From Gemmatimonadaceae bacterium (lineage in GTDB: Bacteria; Gemmatimonadota; Gemmatimonadetes; Gemmatimonadales; Gemmatimonadaceae), in NCBI GenBank assembly GCA_051859245.1, contig JBHYGA010000004.1, forward strand, positions 996,030 through 1,060,029: 64,000 nt of DNA, written 5' to 3'. Below, piece after piece: positions 20,060 to 29,413 of the stretch. The position numbers were made by a program, and so were the translations under genes. Each line of letters starts with the position of its first letter. Positions within the stretch are counted from its first letter, which is position 1. Below the pieces are notes generated by a model. That model was not told the DNA's origin. It did not search any database and was given only the letters and a program-made list of their open reading frames with translations.

Positions 20060-20104
20060 CAGATGCTCCGGGGAGTCAGGAGTGAAGTGGTGTTCGAGGC
20101 AGAG

Positions 20105-20298
20105 TTGCTCCTAATGCTGGGGGAACTGCGGCGGGAAGGACACGAAAGCACGAAGGACACGAAGAAGAGCAACGGCAACAGATTTTGGAGGAACAGCAAA
20201 AGCGGTGCGGTTGAAATCCCTCAAAGTTTTTTTGCTGTTTTCGTGTCCTTCGTGCTTTCGTGTCCTTCCCGCCGCAGTTCCCCCGGCATTAGGAGCAC
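20105..20298. repeat. Intergenic long inverted-repeat element, family A copy 2
   Basis: Same ~59-bp arms (TGCTCCTAATGCTGGGGGAACTGCGGCGGGAAGGACACGAAAGCACGAAGGACACGAA) and homologous spacer; between panC and pruA. Confidence 0.95.
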
Positions 20299-20303
20299 GA
20301 TTG

Positions 20304-21218
20304 CTACTGAAAACTACCAACGGGACCGTTGTCGATCAGCCGCACCCCGCCAACCGTCGCCGCGACGAGCACGCGCGCGGGGCTCGTGATGCGTTTCACG
20401 GGACGCAGCGTTTCCGCGTCCACAATCACGGCGTACTCAACCGCAAGCGCCGGCTCACGGCGCAGCGAGGCGTGCAAGCGGCCCTCGAGATCGTCGGTCT
20501 GCGTAAAGCCGCCGGCGAACGACTCCTGCACATGCTTGATCGCGGCGGAGATGGCCAGCGCGCCCGCACGCGCGGCGGGGTCGAGACGCGCGTTGCGGCT
20601 CGACATTGCCAGACCGTCCGCCTCGCGCACCGTGGGCACTCCAATAATGTCCACGTCGAGCAACAAATCGCGCGTGAGTTGACGCACCACCAGCAACTGC
20701 TGCCAATCTTTCTCGCCGAAGTACGCACGATCGCATCGGACCGCGCGCAGCAGTCGCGCCACAACCGTAGCCACACCGCGGAAATGACCGGGGCGAAACT
20801 CGCCTTCGAGCACATCGGTTACACCGTCTACGGTGACCCACGTGTTGAAGCCCGGCGGGTACATCACGTCGGGCGTGGGCGCGAACACAATCTGCACGCC
20901 CTCTTCGTTGAGCATGGCCACATCACGCGCTTCGTCGCGCGGGTACTTGGCCAGATCATCCGGATTGTTGAACTGCGTGGGGTTTACGAAAATGCTCACG
21001 ACTGTAACGGCATTCTCGGCGCACGAGCGTTGCACCAATGTGCGGTGCCCATCGTGCAATGCCCCCATGGTTGGGACAAAACCAACACTCAATGACCGCG
21101 GTTGTGCTGTCGCAGTGGTTGGAGAATTCGAAGCGTGCAGCGCCGCTGATTTTGCACGCGCCTGATCCAACGCACTCGCAATCGCCGAGCGCAATGCCGG
21201 CACATCGCGAACGATCAC
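20304..21218 (-). CDS. panC: Pantoate--beta-alanine ligase
   Basis: GFVPTMGALHDGH, FVNPTQF, RPGHFRGV, GEKDWQQ, GLAMSSRN, RLIDN. Confidence 0.97.
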   Translation of the reverse strand: MIVRDVPALRSAIASALDQARAKSAALHASNSPTTATAQPRSLSVGFVPTMGALHDGHRTLVQRSCAENAVTVVSIFVNPTQFNNPDDLAKYPRDEARDVAMLNEEGVQIVFAPTPDVMYPPGFNTWVTVDGVTDVLEGEFRPGHFRGVATVVARLLRAVRCDRAYFGEKDWQQLLVVRQLTRDLLLDVDIIGVPTVREADGLAMSSRNARLDPAARAGALAISAAIKHVQESFAGGFTQTDDLEGRLHASLRREPALAVEYAVIVDAETLRPVKRITSPARVLVAATVGGVRLIDNGPVGSFQ

Positions 21219-22063
21219 GTCGTGTCTCCGCGCGGTTTCGGAAAGCCCGCCAGACCTTCACCACCGCGCACTGACTGTTTGTCGGTGGGAAAACTCTTCG
21301 CCTTCACTTCACTCGCGTACTGCGCAAACGCCTGCCGAATGGGCTCCGCGAGATCGGCGTACTGATGCGCGTGCCGCGGACGAAAGTTTGCATCAAGTCC
21401 GAGCACATCATGCATCACCTGCACCTGGCCGCTGCAGTGCGGACCTGAGCCAATACCAATCGTGGGAATGTTCACCTGCTCCGTGATCGCGGCCGCCACT
21501 TCGGAGGGCATTTTCTCCAGCAACAACGCCCAAGCGCCGGCCGCTTCCAGTGCCAACGCGTCATCAAGAATGCGCTGCGCCGCTTCGGCGGTGCGTCCCT
21601 GCGCGGGATACCCGCCGAGCAGGGAACTTTGCTGCGGACGCAAGCCAATGTGTCCCATGACTGGAATGCCCGCGTCGGTGCAGCGCGTCACAAACGACGC
21701 CCAGCGCGCGCCACCTTCAAACTTGATGGACTGCGCGCCCGCTTCCTGCATGGCGCGACCGGCGTTGCGCAGCGCGTCGTCTTCTCCACAGTGGTACGAC
21801 ATGAACGGCATGTCGCACACCACGTGCGCCGATTGCGTGGCGCGCACGACGGCACTGGTATGGTGCAGCATCTGCTCCATGGTCACCGGTACGGTGGACG
21901 CATGGCCAAGCTGTGTCATGCCCACGCTGTCACCCACAAGCAGAAAATCAATGCCCGCGGCTTCGGCCAATCGCGCAAACGTCGAATCGTACGCCGTCAG
22001 CATGACCAGCGGTTCATGGCGCGATGCGCGGGCCTGCAACTCGGGAATGGTAGGGCGGGGCAT
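21215..22063 (-). CDS. panB: 3-methyl-2-oxobutanoate hydroxymethyltransferase
   Basis: MLTAYD, LVGDS, DMPFMSY, GHIGLRPQ, IGIGSG motifs. Confidence 0.97.
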   Translation of the reverse strand: MPRPTIPELQARASRHEPLVMLTAYDSTFARLAEAAGIDFLLVGDSVGMTQLGHASTVPVTMEQMLHHTSAVVRATQSAHVVCDMPFMSYHCGEDDALRNAGRAMQEAGAQSIKFEGGARWASFVTRCTDAGIPVMGHIGLRPQQSSLLGGYPAQGRTAEAAQRILDDALALEAAGAWALLLEKMPSEVAAAITEQVNIPTIGIGSGPHCSGQVQVMHDVLGLDANFRPRHAHQYADLAEPIRQAFAQYASEVKAKSFPTDKQSVRGGEGLAGFPKPRGDTT

Positions 22064-23046
22064 CAGGAGCGGCTCTCAGGGAGGTGCAAGGCAAGGGTTA
22101 CCAACTGCGACGCATAACGATAGGCCACGAGCGCGTCTGGCGTGGAGTCCGGCGCGACATTTTCCATATCGCGTTCCATATCGTGTTCCATAATCCGCAC
22201 CCGCGCCAACTCGGCCAGGTGACGAGCGACCGTGTCCGTATCACCACGCGCGATCGGGCCCGAAATCACCGCGCGCAGCGGCGAATCCACGGGCAGCGCC
22301 GCCACATTCTGCGCCACGCTGCCGAGCAGTCCGGCAATCGCCAAGCGTCGTTCGTGTGCGTCCAGCGGCAGTGACGAAAGCATCTCGTCACCGAGCGACG
22401 CGAGCGACGCCGATGCATTGGCCATGAACGCCGCGGCCGCGTGCCACCGCACGCGCCACTCGGCACCAACGTGTACAGCGCGCATGTCCAACGCGGCGGC
22501 GAGTGAGCGCAGCTGCGCGAGTACCCGTTCGTCCCCGTCAATCGCGGCCACACAATCGGCGAATCGCTCTGCCTGGGCCGCCTGCGCCGCGAGGGCCGAG
22601 GGAAACGAAACGAGCGGATGAAAACTTCCGGTCGCCGCGCCTCGGGCCGTTGCCGCGTGCAACGGTGCGAGATCGAGCGACCCGCTCGTGTGCACCACGG
22701 TAATGCCCGCGCTCCACGCGTTGTGACCAGCAAATGTGGCCACATCCCGATCGGCCACGGCCAGAATGGCAAGATCAACGTGCGCGGCGAGTGCGCTGAC
22801 CGGGACATGCGTCACACCGGACAGCTCGGCGGCCAGCGCGCGTCCCTCGTGTTCGCGCCGACTGCTCACCGCCACCAGGCGCACTCGTTCAGCGGAACGG
22901 CCGTGCGTGTGACCGTGCATATGACCATGGGCATGAGCATGCGCGTGACCATGCGTGTCCGCACGCGAACGATCGCTCACGCCGGCCAACGCACGCGCCA
23001 GTGCCTGTCCCACAGCGCCCAATCCCACGATGCCAACGTTCATCAC
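22063..23046 (-). CDS. Rossmann-like + DUF2520 oxidoreductase (PanG-type ketopantoate reductase candidate)
   Basis: GIVGLGAVG, HTSGS, FHPL, WHAAA, SGPIARGD motifs; directly upstream of panBC. Confidence 0.8.
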   Translation of the reverse strand: MMNVGIVGLGAVGQALARALAGVSDRSRADTHGHAHAHAHGHMHGHTHGRSAERVRLVAVSSRREHEGRALAAELSGVTHVPVSALAAHVDLAILAVADRDVATFAGHNAWSAGITVVHTSGSLDLAPLHAATARGAATGSFHPLVSFPSALAAQAAQAERFADCVAAIDGDERVLAQLRSLAAALDMRAVHVGAEWRVRWHAAAAFMANASASLASLGDEMLSSLPLDAHERRLAIAGLLGSVAQNVAALPVDSPLRAVISGPIARGDTDTVARHLAELARVRIMEHDMERDMENVAPDSTPDALVAYRYASQLVTLALHLPESRS

Positions 23047-23128
23047 GAAGCTTCACCAGCGGGGAGCCACCCGCGCAATACTTGTATTTACGGGTGCCGC
23101 TGCCCTGTGCACCCGTCAGATTACACGC

Positions 23129-24085
23129 GTGCACACTCGAATCTCTCGCGCTTCCGGGCGCCTGGCTCCGCTCATCGTCCTCCTCGCCGCAACCGGCTGC
23201 CTCGACTCGGGCCGTTCACTGCAATGGCAAGACGACGACGCGGCCCCACTCACCGCGACGACGTTCACACGCGACACAGTCGGCGAGCAGCAACTCCGCG
23301 ATCTGCTGCGCGACGTGCTGCGTGCCATGCCCGAAGCGAACGACACACTCGCCACTGGCGCCCCGTTGCCGGTCATCGAGATGCCACCGGCGCCCAACCT
23401 CGCGCTCGGCGATCTCAGCGCGCCGCTCGATTCGCTGCGCTGCGACGGATCGCTGCGTCTTGAGCGCACGCCGCGTGGTGACGTGGCGGTCTGGTGGTCT
23501 ACGCGCGAGAAAGACCGCGTGCATTTGCTCGCCGCGTGGCGCGATGCCAATCAAGCTGAAGGCGCACAAATGTGGCGTGGTCCGATTTATGTGGACACGC
23601 TGGATCAGGGCTCGAGCGATGCGCGCGACGTGTCGAGCGGTGGCGCGGTGGGGTGCAACCGGCCGGCACCCGGTCTGTCGGTGGATGCCGTGAACGGCTA
23701 CGTGCACGTGAGTTACGCACTGGTTGGTCCCGAAGGCCCCGGCATTTTTTACGCGCATCAGATGGACCCGCGCGCGTCCTTCGAACCACCCATGCCTATT
23801 GTGTATGGTGAACGACTCGGCACAGCCCGTGTGGGCTCCGATGGCGAGCTCGTCGCTGTGGCGTACGAAGACCCGAATAGTGGTTCACGTCCGCGGATCG
23901 CCCTCGCGGTGTCACGCACGGCCGGACACATTTTTGAAGGGCGCGTGACCGTGAATGCTGGTCTGAATCCGGCGTCGAATCCGTTTGTGGTCACGCAGGG
24001 TCGCGCGCTGGTGGTAGGCTGGATGGAATCGCCCCCCACAGGTGGTGATACCACGTTTCTTCGTCGACGCGCGGTGACCCGGTAA
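23129..24085 (+). CDS. Hypothetical lipoprotein (beta-rich, propeller-like)
   Basis: Lipobox-like LLAATGC after GTG 23129; host-like codon usage. Confidence 0.6.
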   Translation: MHTRISRASGRLAPLIVLLAATGCLDSGRSLQWQDDDAAPLTATTFTRDTVGEQQLRDLLRDVLRAMPEANDTLATGAPLPVIEMPPAPNLALGDLSAPLDSLRCDGSLRLERTPRGDVAVWWSTREKDRVHLLAAWRDANQAEGAQMWRGPIYVDTLDQGSSDARDVSSGGAVGCNRPAPGLSVDAVNGYVHVSYALVGPEGPGIFYAHQMDPRASFEPPMPIVYGERLGTARVGSDGELVAVAYEDPNSGSRPRIALAVSRTAGHIFEGRVTVNAGLNPASNPFVVTQGRALVVGWMESPPTGGDTTFLRRRAVTR

Positions 24086-24121
24086 CGCGGTAATGCACGC
24101 GCCCACTTCTTCCGCTCTCCC

Positions 24122-25027
24122 ATGAACACGAAGCCACTCCTGCTTGGCGCGCATTGCGCAGACACCGGCGGTATCCCGATGGCGGCAAAACGCGCCGGAC
24201 GCGGTGGCATGCAGGCGCTGCAGATCGTCAGCGCGATTCCAAAGTTTTACAACGACAAAGTGAGTGTGAAGCCGGATCGCATTGCGCGGTTTCAGGCGGC
24301 GCTCGCCGAGTCCGGGATTGATCCGGCCAACGTGATTGTGCATGCCGGCTACGTGCTCAACTGCGCCACGCCCGACGAAGTAAAGTGGGAGCGCGCGAGT
24401 GTCGCGCTGGCCAAGGAGCTGGAGCGCAGTACGGCGCTTGGTGTGGGTGGTGTGTGTTTTCATCCCGGTGCGGCCACGGACGGTGATCGTGATGCGGCGA
24501 TGGCCCGCGTGAGCGACGCCATGAAGCGAGCCCTGCTCGCGGTCCCAGAGGGCACCACGCGTCTGCTGATTGAGAATACGGCGGGCGCTGGCACCACCGT
24601 GGGACGGACGCCGGAAGAAGTGGGTGGCATGCTGTCGGCGCTGCCAAAGGCGCTGCGTGCACGCGCCGGATACGGACTCGATACCTGTCACCTGTATGCG
24701 TCGGGGTACGACCTCGCGCGCTCACGTGACGATGTCACGGCGGTACTCGACGCCTTCGAGGCGGCCACCGGTGAAGCGCCGTCGTTTCTGCATTTGAACG
24801 ACAGTGAGGGTGCGCTGGCGTCGAACAAGGATCGTCACGCGCGCATTGGTCGCGGCGCGATTGGAGAGGACGCGTTTGGCTGGTTGCTGCAGGACAAGCG
24901 CTCGCGCGGCATTCCGTGCGTGATGGAAACGCCGCAGGAGAACGGGGAGCCCGCCGAAGACGATGACACGCCCGACGCGTGGGACGTCGAGGATCTCGCG
25001 CTGTTGCGCACCCTCGCGGAACGCTGA
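24122..25027 (+). CDS. nfo: Endonuclease IV (AP endonuclease 2)
   Basis: GAH, HAGY, FHPG, ENTAG, LDTCH, HLNDS, DRH, ETP zinc-ligand motifs. Confidence 0.93.
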   Translation: MNTKPLLLGAHCADTGGIPMAAKRAGRGGMQALQIVSAIPKFYNDKVSVKPDRIARFQAALAESGIDPANVIVHAGYVLNCATPDEVKWERASVALAKELERSTALGVGGVCFHPGAATDGDRDAAMARVSDAMKRALLAVPEGTTRLLIENTAGAGTTVGRTPEEVGGMLSALPKALRARAGYGLDTCHLYASGYDLARSRDDVTAVLDAFEAATGEAPSFLHLNDSEGALASNKDRHARIGRGAIGEDAFGWLLQDKRSRGIPCVMETPQENGEPAEDDDTPDAWDVEDLALLRTLAER

Positions 25028-25225
25028 TTTCGCGAGGGGAAAACACGCGTTGCGCGCAGGTTTTTCGCGTAACTCTGCGCGAAACGTGCGCTCAGAGGGA
25101 AAAATCGCACGTTTCAGAGGGGAAATCGTGAAATGCCCTATTGCGCGGCGTTCGTCTCTCTATAAGCTTGTGGCGCGTCACTGTGTATGTGCGTGACACG
25201 GACCGGTACCCAACCAGGAGAATTC

Positions 25226-25657
25226 ATGGCCCCTGCAAAGAAGTCTGCGAAGAAGGCAGCGAAGAAAGCTGCCCCGAAGAAAGCCGCTGCGAAGAAGGCA
25301 GCCCCGAAGAAGGCCGCTGCGAAGAAGGCAGCGCCAGCGAAGAAGGCCGCTGCCAAGAAGGCGGCTCCGGCTAAGAAGGCCGTTGCAAAGAAGGCCACCA
25401 AGAAGCGCACGCCGAACGCGGCGTTCATGAAGGCGCTCACGCCGTCAGCCGATCTGGCCGCCGTCGTTGGTTCCAAGCCGCTGGCTCGTACCGAAGTGGT
25501 CAAGCAGCTGTGGGCGTACATCAAGAAGAACAACCTGCAGGACGCGAAGAACCGTCGTCAGATCAACGCCGACGACAAGCTCAAGCCGGTGTTCGGTGGC
25601 AAGAAGTCCGTTTCGATGTTCGAAATGACGAAGCTGGTCAGCAAGCACCTCTCCTGA
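25226..25657 (+). CDS. SWIB/MDM2 domain protein with histone H1-like Lys/Ala/Pro-rich N-terminus
   Basis: AGGAG RBS; KKAA/PKK repeats then RTEVVKQLWAYIKKNNLQD...INADDKL. Confidence 0.92.
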   Translation: MAPAKKSAKKAAKKAAPKKAAAKKAAPKKAAAKKAAPAKKAAAKKAAPAKKAVAKKATKKRTPNAAFMKALTPSADLAAVVGSKPLARTEVVKQLWAYIKKNNLQDAKNRRQINADDKLKPVFGGKKSVSMFEMTKLVSKHLS

Positions 25658-25679
25658 CCATCTTTCAGTACGCGTGATA

Positions 25680-25712
25680 AGGGGGCGTGTCCCACACGGG
25701 CGCGCCCCTTTG
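25680..25712 (+). terminator. Probable intrinsic terminator
   Basis: GGGGCGTGTCC-loop-GGGCGCGCCCC followed by TTT after the SWIB gene. Confidence 0.6.
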
Positions 25713-25751
25713 TCGTTCCCTTGTCGCTCTCTGACTTTTTCCGTTCCCGCC

Positions 25752-26573
25752 GTGGCCTCTGCACCCAAGTCCAAATCCGACGCCCCCACGAACTCCGTGG
25801 CCGCGCTGCGCGGTGGCAAGTCTGCGTCGACTACTTCAAGCAACGCTCCCAAGGGCGCGTCCAAAGGCTCGGCCTGGGAGAACATCAAGGCCGTGTTGTG
25901 GACGCTCGCGATCTTTCTGTTCATTCGCACGTTTCTCTTCGAAGCGTACCGCATTCCGTCGGGCAGCATGATTCCCACGTTGCTGGTGGGTGACTGGCTG
26001 TTCGTGAACAAGCTCGCGTACGGTCCGCATGTGCCGGGCACTGAGATCAACCTGCCCGGCTACACCGAGCCCAAGCGTGGCGACGTGGTGGTGTTCAAGT
26101 CGCCGTATCAGTACGACCAGCCCGAAGATCCGCACCCCACCTTGGTCAAGCGCCTGGTCGCTGTGGCCGGTGACACGGTGTACATGCGCGGCGCGCTCTT
26201 TCACCTGAACGGCACACCGCAGCCGCAGCCCGACGCGATGCGCGAAAATCCGCGGGCTGATGGTTCGTTCAGTGTGCCGCTCTTTGCGTGGCAAAAGCAG
26301 CACGAGATTTCCGGGTCGCGCTTTGGCAATCCGCCGGCCGTCCCAACGCTCGATGACTGGGGTCCGCTCGTGATTCCCGCCGGCTATCTGTTCATGCTCG
26401 GCGACAATCGGTACGACTCCAAGGACGGACGCTACTGGGGCCTCGTGCCGCGCGAGAATGTGCGCGGACGTCCGAGTTTTGTGTATTACTCATACAACGC
26501 GCAGGACAGTGATCGGGCGCTGCCGTTCCTCACGGACATTCGCTGGGGTCGCATCGGTACGGCGATTCGCTAA
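25752..26573 (+). CDS. lepB: Signal peptidase I
   Basis: IPSGSMIPTL (Ser), LVKR (Lys), GDNRYDSKDGR; start approximate. Confidence 0.95.
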   Translation: MASAPKSKSDAPTNSVAALRGGKSASTTSSNAPKGASKGSAWENIKAVLWTLAIFLFIRTFLFEAYRIPSGSMIPTLLVGDWLFVNKLAYGPHVPGTEINLPGYTEPKRGDVVVFKSPYQYDQPEDPHPTLVKRLVAVAGDTVYMRGALFHLNGTPQPQPDAMRENPRADGSFSVPLFAWQKQHEISGSRFGNPPAVPTLDDWGPLVIPAGYLFMLGDNRYDSKDGRYWGLVPRENVRGRPSFVYYSYNAQDSDRALPFLTDIRWGRIGTAIR

Positions 26574-27694
26574 TGACGTACGTCACGCGCGGCCACGGCT
26601 ACACGCAAACCATTCGCCGCGCGGCGCGCTGTCTGTACGCGCTCCTGCTTGTGGCGGGTGTGACGTGGGTTCCGCGGGTGTCCAACGCGCAGGTGACAAC
26701 GGACACGGCGGCCGGCTTGTTGCCGAGCGGCGAACTCGCGCGTGGTGCGTTGCGGGTGGACACGATGTGGTCGCAGGCGCTCGGCACGCGCAAGCGACTG
26801 GTGGTGTATTTGCCGCCGTCTTACAGCGAGGATACCACGCGACGTTATCCCGTGCTGTACTACCTGCACGGCAAAGGTGGCAACGAGGACAACTGGTTAC
26901 AGCTCACGCGCCTTGATCGCACCATGGATTCGCTGATCGAGCGCGGGCATGGTGAAGCCATTGTGGTGATGCCCGACGGTGACGATTCGTGGTACACCAC
27001 GTGGGCGTCGTTGCCGAACGAAGCCGGCTGCCGCGCTGACACCGCGCGCACCGAACCTGCGGCGCAGTTCTGTGTGCCCTGGCCGCACTACGACGATTAC
27101 ATCGCGCGCGATCTGGTAGCGTTCGTGGATCGCGCCTATCGCACCCGTGCGCAGGCGCGGCACCGAGGCATTGCGGGACTCAGCATGGGTGGGTACGGCG
27201 CGGTCACGCTGGCGCTGCGGTATCCCGATGTGTTTGCGGCCGCGGCCAGCCACAGTGGCGTGCTGGCGCCGGCGTTTGTTGGTCCGCGTCCGTACGCCGA
27301 GCCGGCGCGGTGGGCGCGCACACCGGCTGAGCTGCGGGAAGCGGCGGGTGTGCGGTACTCGTGGTACGAGTCGCGCTTTGGCCGCGATACGATTGGCTGG
27401 TACGCGCGCGATCCTGGGCGGCTCGCAGAGCGCCTGGTGCGGGCGGGGAAGGCCGTGCCCTTGCTGTACATCGATTGTGGCCTGAGCGACCCGTTTATCG
27501 ATCAAAACCGTGCCTTTGCCGCAACGTTGCGCGTCCTTGGGGTGTCCCATGCGTATCGCGAACCATCTGGGGGGCACGATTGGAACTACTGGCGCGCTCA
27601 GGCACCGGGCAGTCTGGTGTGGTTGTTGTCGCACGTGACCCGGGTCGACGCGGTCGCGCCGCCTGGTGCTGGCGCGCGGCGCGATCCCGCGTAG
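26573..27694 (+). CDS. Exported alpha/beta-hydrolase (esterase family)
   Basis: YPVLYYLHG, GLSMGG nucleophile elbow, GGHDWNYW. Confidence 0.9.
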   Translation: MTYVTRGHGYTQTIRRAARCLYALLLVAGVTWVPRVSNAQVTTDTAAGLLPSGELARGALRVDTMWSQALGTRKRLVVYLPPSYSEDTTRRYPVLYYLHGKGGNEDNWLQLTRLDRTMDSLIERGHGEAIVVMPDGDDSWYTTWASLPNEAGCRADTARTEPAAQFCVPWPHYDDYIARDLVAFVDRAYRTRAQARHRGIAGLSMGGYGAVTLALRYPDVFAAAASHSGVLAPAFVGPRPYAEPARWARTPAELREAAGVRYSWYESRFGRDTIGWYARDPGRLAERLVRAGKAVPLLYIDCGLSDPFIDQNRAFAATLRVLGVSHAYREPSGGHDWNYWRAQAPGSLVWLLSHVTRVDAVAPPGAGARRDPA

Positions 27695-28178
27695 GTTCGC
27701 ACAGGTGATCCCTACGCTGCCCTCCGGCACTTATGTGCTGCCACGCTCGCGCCTCACATCGCTGCGCGTGTTCTCGCGCTCCACGCTGGAGCTGGCGGGC
27801 ATTACCGGCGTGCTGGTGCGTCTCTATCGCGCCGTCGTGCTCAGCGGCGACGCCTTCGCGAACTGGCCCATGTTCATTGCCGCGCTTGTGGCGGGCGTGG
27901 TGTTTGTGTGTGCGGTGCTGACGTGGCACCTGAGCAACTTCACGCTGCGTCGCTGGCCCGCGCGGGTGGCGGCGTTTATCGGCATCGAGGTGGCCGCGGA
28001 GTTCGGGATGAGCTCGGTGCTGATTGCGCTGGGCAGGGAGCCGATTGGGAGTGCGATGGCGACCTGGGCGGACTGGTGGCCGCTGGCGGGGCAGACGTTG
28101 TTGGAGCGGGGGTTGGTGATGGGTGGGTACGCGGCGTTGCTGGCGGGGGCGATGTGGGTGGTGACGCGGAGGCGTTAG
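27666..28178 (+). CDS. Hypothetical membrane protein
   Basis: ~4 TM helices; co-directional with upstream operon; start uncertain. Confidence 0.6.
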   Translation: MLARGAIPRRFAQVIPTLPSGTYVLPRSRLTSLRVFSRSTLELAGITGVLVRLYRAVVLSGDAFANWPMFIAALVAGVVFVCAVLTWHLSNFTLRRWPARVAAFIGIEVAAEFGMSSVLIALGREPIGSAMATWADWWPLAGQTLLERGLVMGGYAALLAGAMWVVTRRR

Positions 28179-29413
28179 TCGTTCCGCTCCGCACTTGGCG
28201 AGAGTAGTGCAGGAATGACACGGCGGCCGCAGATCGCGACGGCCATCAACGCCGGAAGAAACGCGAGCGAGAGTGACGGGATCGACGCGGACCCTGGTGG
28301 AAGGAAGCAGCAAACGGCGAGTGCGAACATGCTTATGCGCTCGAACCTTAACCAGCCGCCCTTAGCTGCCTCTTTAGCGAGCAGCGCGATCGGAAAGACC
28401 AGAATCGGCAGCTCGTAGTAAAAAGCATACGGGGTCACAAGCAGTGTTGATGAGCTGAGGGCTGCCAGGCGCAATGCTGGATTCTTCAATCGCGACCAGC
28501 ATGCTACGACGTACACGGCGAGCAGAATCGAGACTACGAGCTGCAATCCCTGAGAAATCGGGAGTGACGCGCCGAGAAGCCGCGCCTGACCAAACGGTGT
28601 GGTCAGCTTTTCGAACGTGAACTGAGCTCTTGTCAAGCGCTCGCTGTGCGCACTCAATGATTCGACAAACGCAAACCACGGCGCTGAACCCCAGAGAGCG
28701 ACAGAGATCGCTGCGATTGCGACAGCGGTGATCGTGGCAACACCGAACGCCTTCCAGCATCGTGCTGCCGCGAATGCGAGAGGGATGAGGAGCCCAAACT
28801 GCGGTTTGATCGTGAGCAGGCCCGCGGCGACGCCGGCAAGCACGGGCTTACTGCTCGCAAAGTAGCCGCTGAGTGCCAGAAGGCTCGCCGTGAGCATGCC
28901 GGTCTGTCCGGTTATCACGGACTGAAAAATTGCCGGAGAGGACACTGACAGAAACAGCGCCAGCTTGTTGTTCCACATCGATCTCAGAGATGTCGCGAAG
29001 AGCAACAGCTGTGATGAGACCCAGGCCGCGAAGGCCCACATGAAAGGAACGAGCGCCAACGGCGCGACCACCAGAAACATCGTTGGTGGATACATCCAGG
29101 CGAGCAGCATCTTTCTCGCTCCCGGATGACGGGTGCCGATGAGCTCTGCGAAGTGATCGAGCGTGTAGACGCGGGTCATGTTGTCCGTCCCGACCACTTG
29201 TGCTGCGGTGCGGAACGCGACAAAATCGCCACCGACAAGATTGCCGAAGCGCGTGACGAAGTCCTCCGCCTGCTGAACAAGTCGTGCGTATTCGCCGTAG
29301 GCGCTGAACACGAAAAGCAACGCGAGCGCCGTGAAAGTCAGCCATATTCGCTCGCCTAGCAGCGACTCAAGAGTAGGGAATCGTCTCTGCTCGTCTTTTG
29401 ACTCAGTTTTCAC
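28175..29413 (-). CDS. GT87/DUF2029 family GT-C membrane glycosyltransferase
   Basis: GGDFVAF, WMYPP, GQTG, IKPQFG, PYAFYYE motifs; GTGA overlap with the upstream gene's stop. Confidence 0.85.
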   Translation of the reverse strand: MKTESKDEQRRFPTLESLLGERIWLTFTALALLFVFSAYGEYARLVQQAEDFVTRFGNLVGGDFVAFRTAAQVVGTDNMTRVYTLDHFAELIGTRHPGARKMLLAWMYPPTMFLVVAPLALVPFMWAFAAWVSSQLLLFATSLRSMWNNKLALFLSVSSPAIFQSVITGQTGMLTASLLALSGYFASSKPVLAGVAAGLLTIKPQFGLLIPLAFAAARCWKAFGVATITAVAIAAISVALWGSAPWFAFVESLSAHSERLTRAQFTFEKLTTPFGQARLLGASLPISQGLQLVVSILLAVYVVACWSRLKNPALRLAALSSSTLLVTPYAFYYELPILVFPIALLAKEAAKGGWLRFERISMFALAVCCFLPPGSASIPSLSLAFLPALMAVAICGRRVIPALLSPSAERND

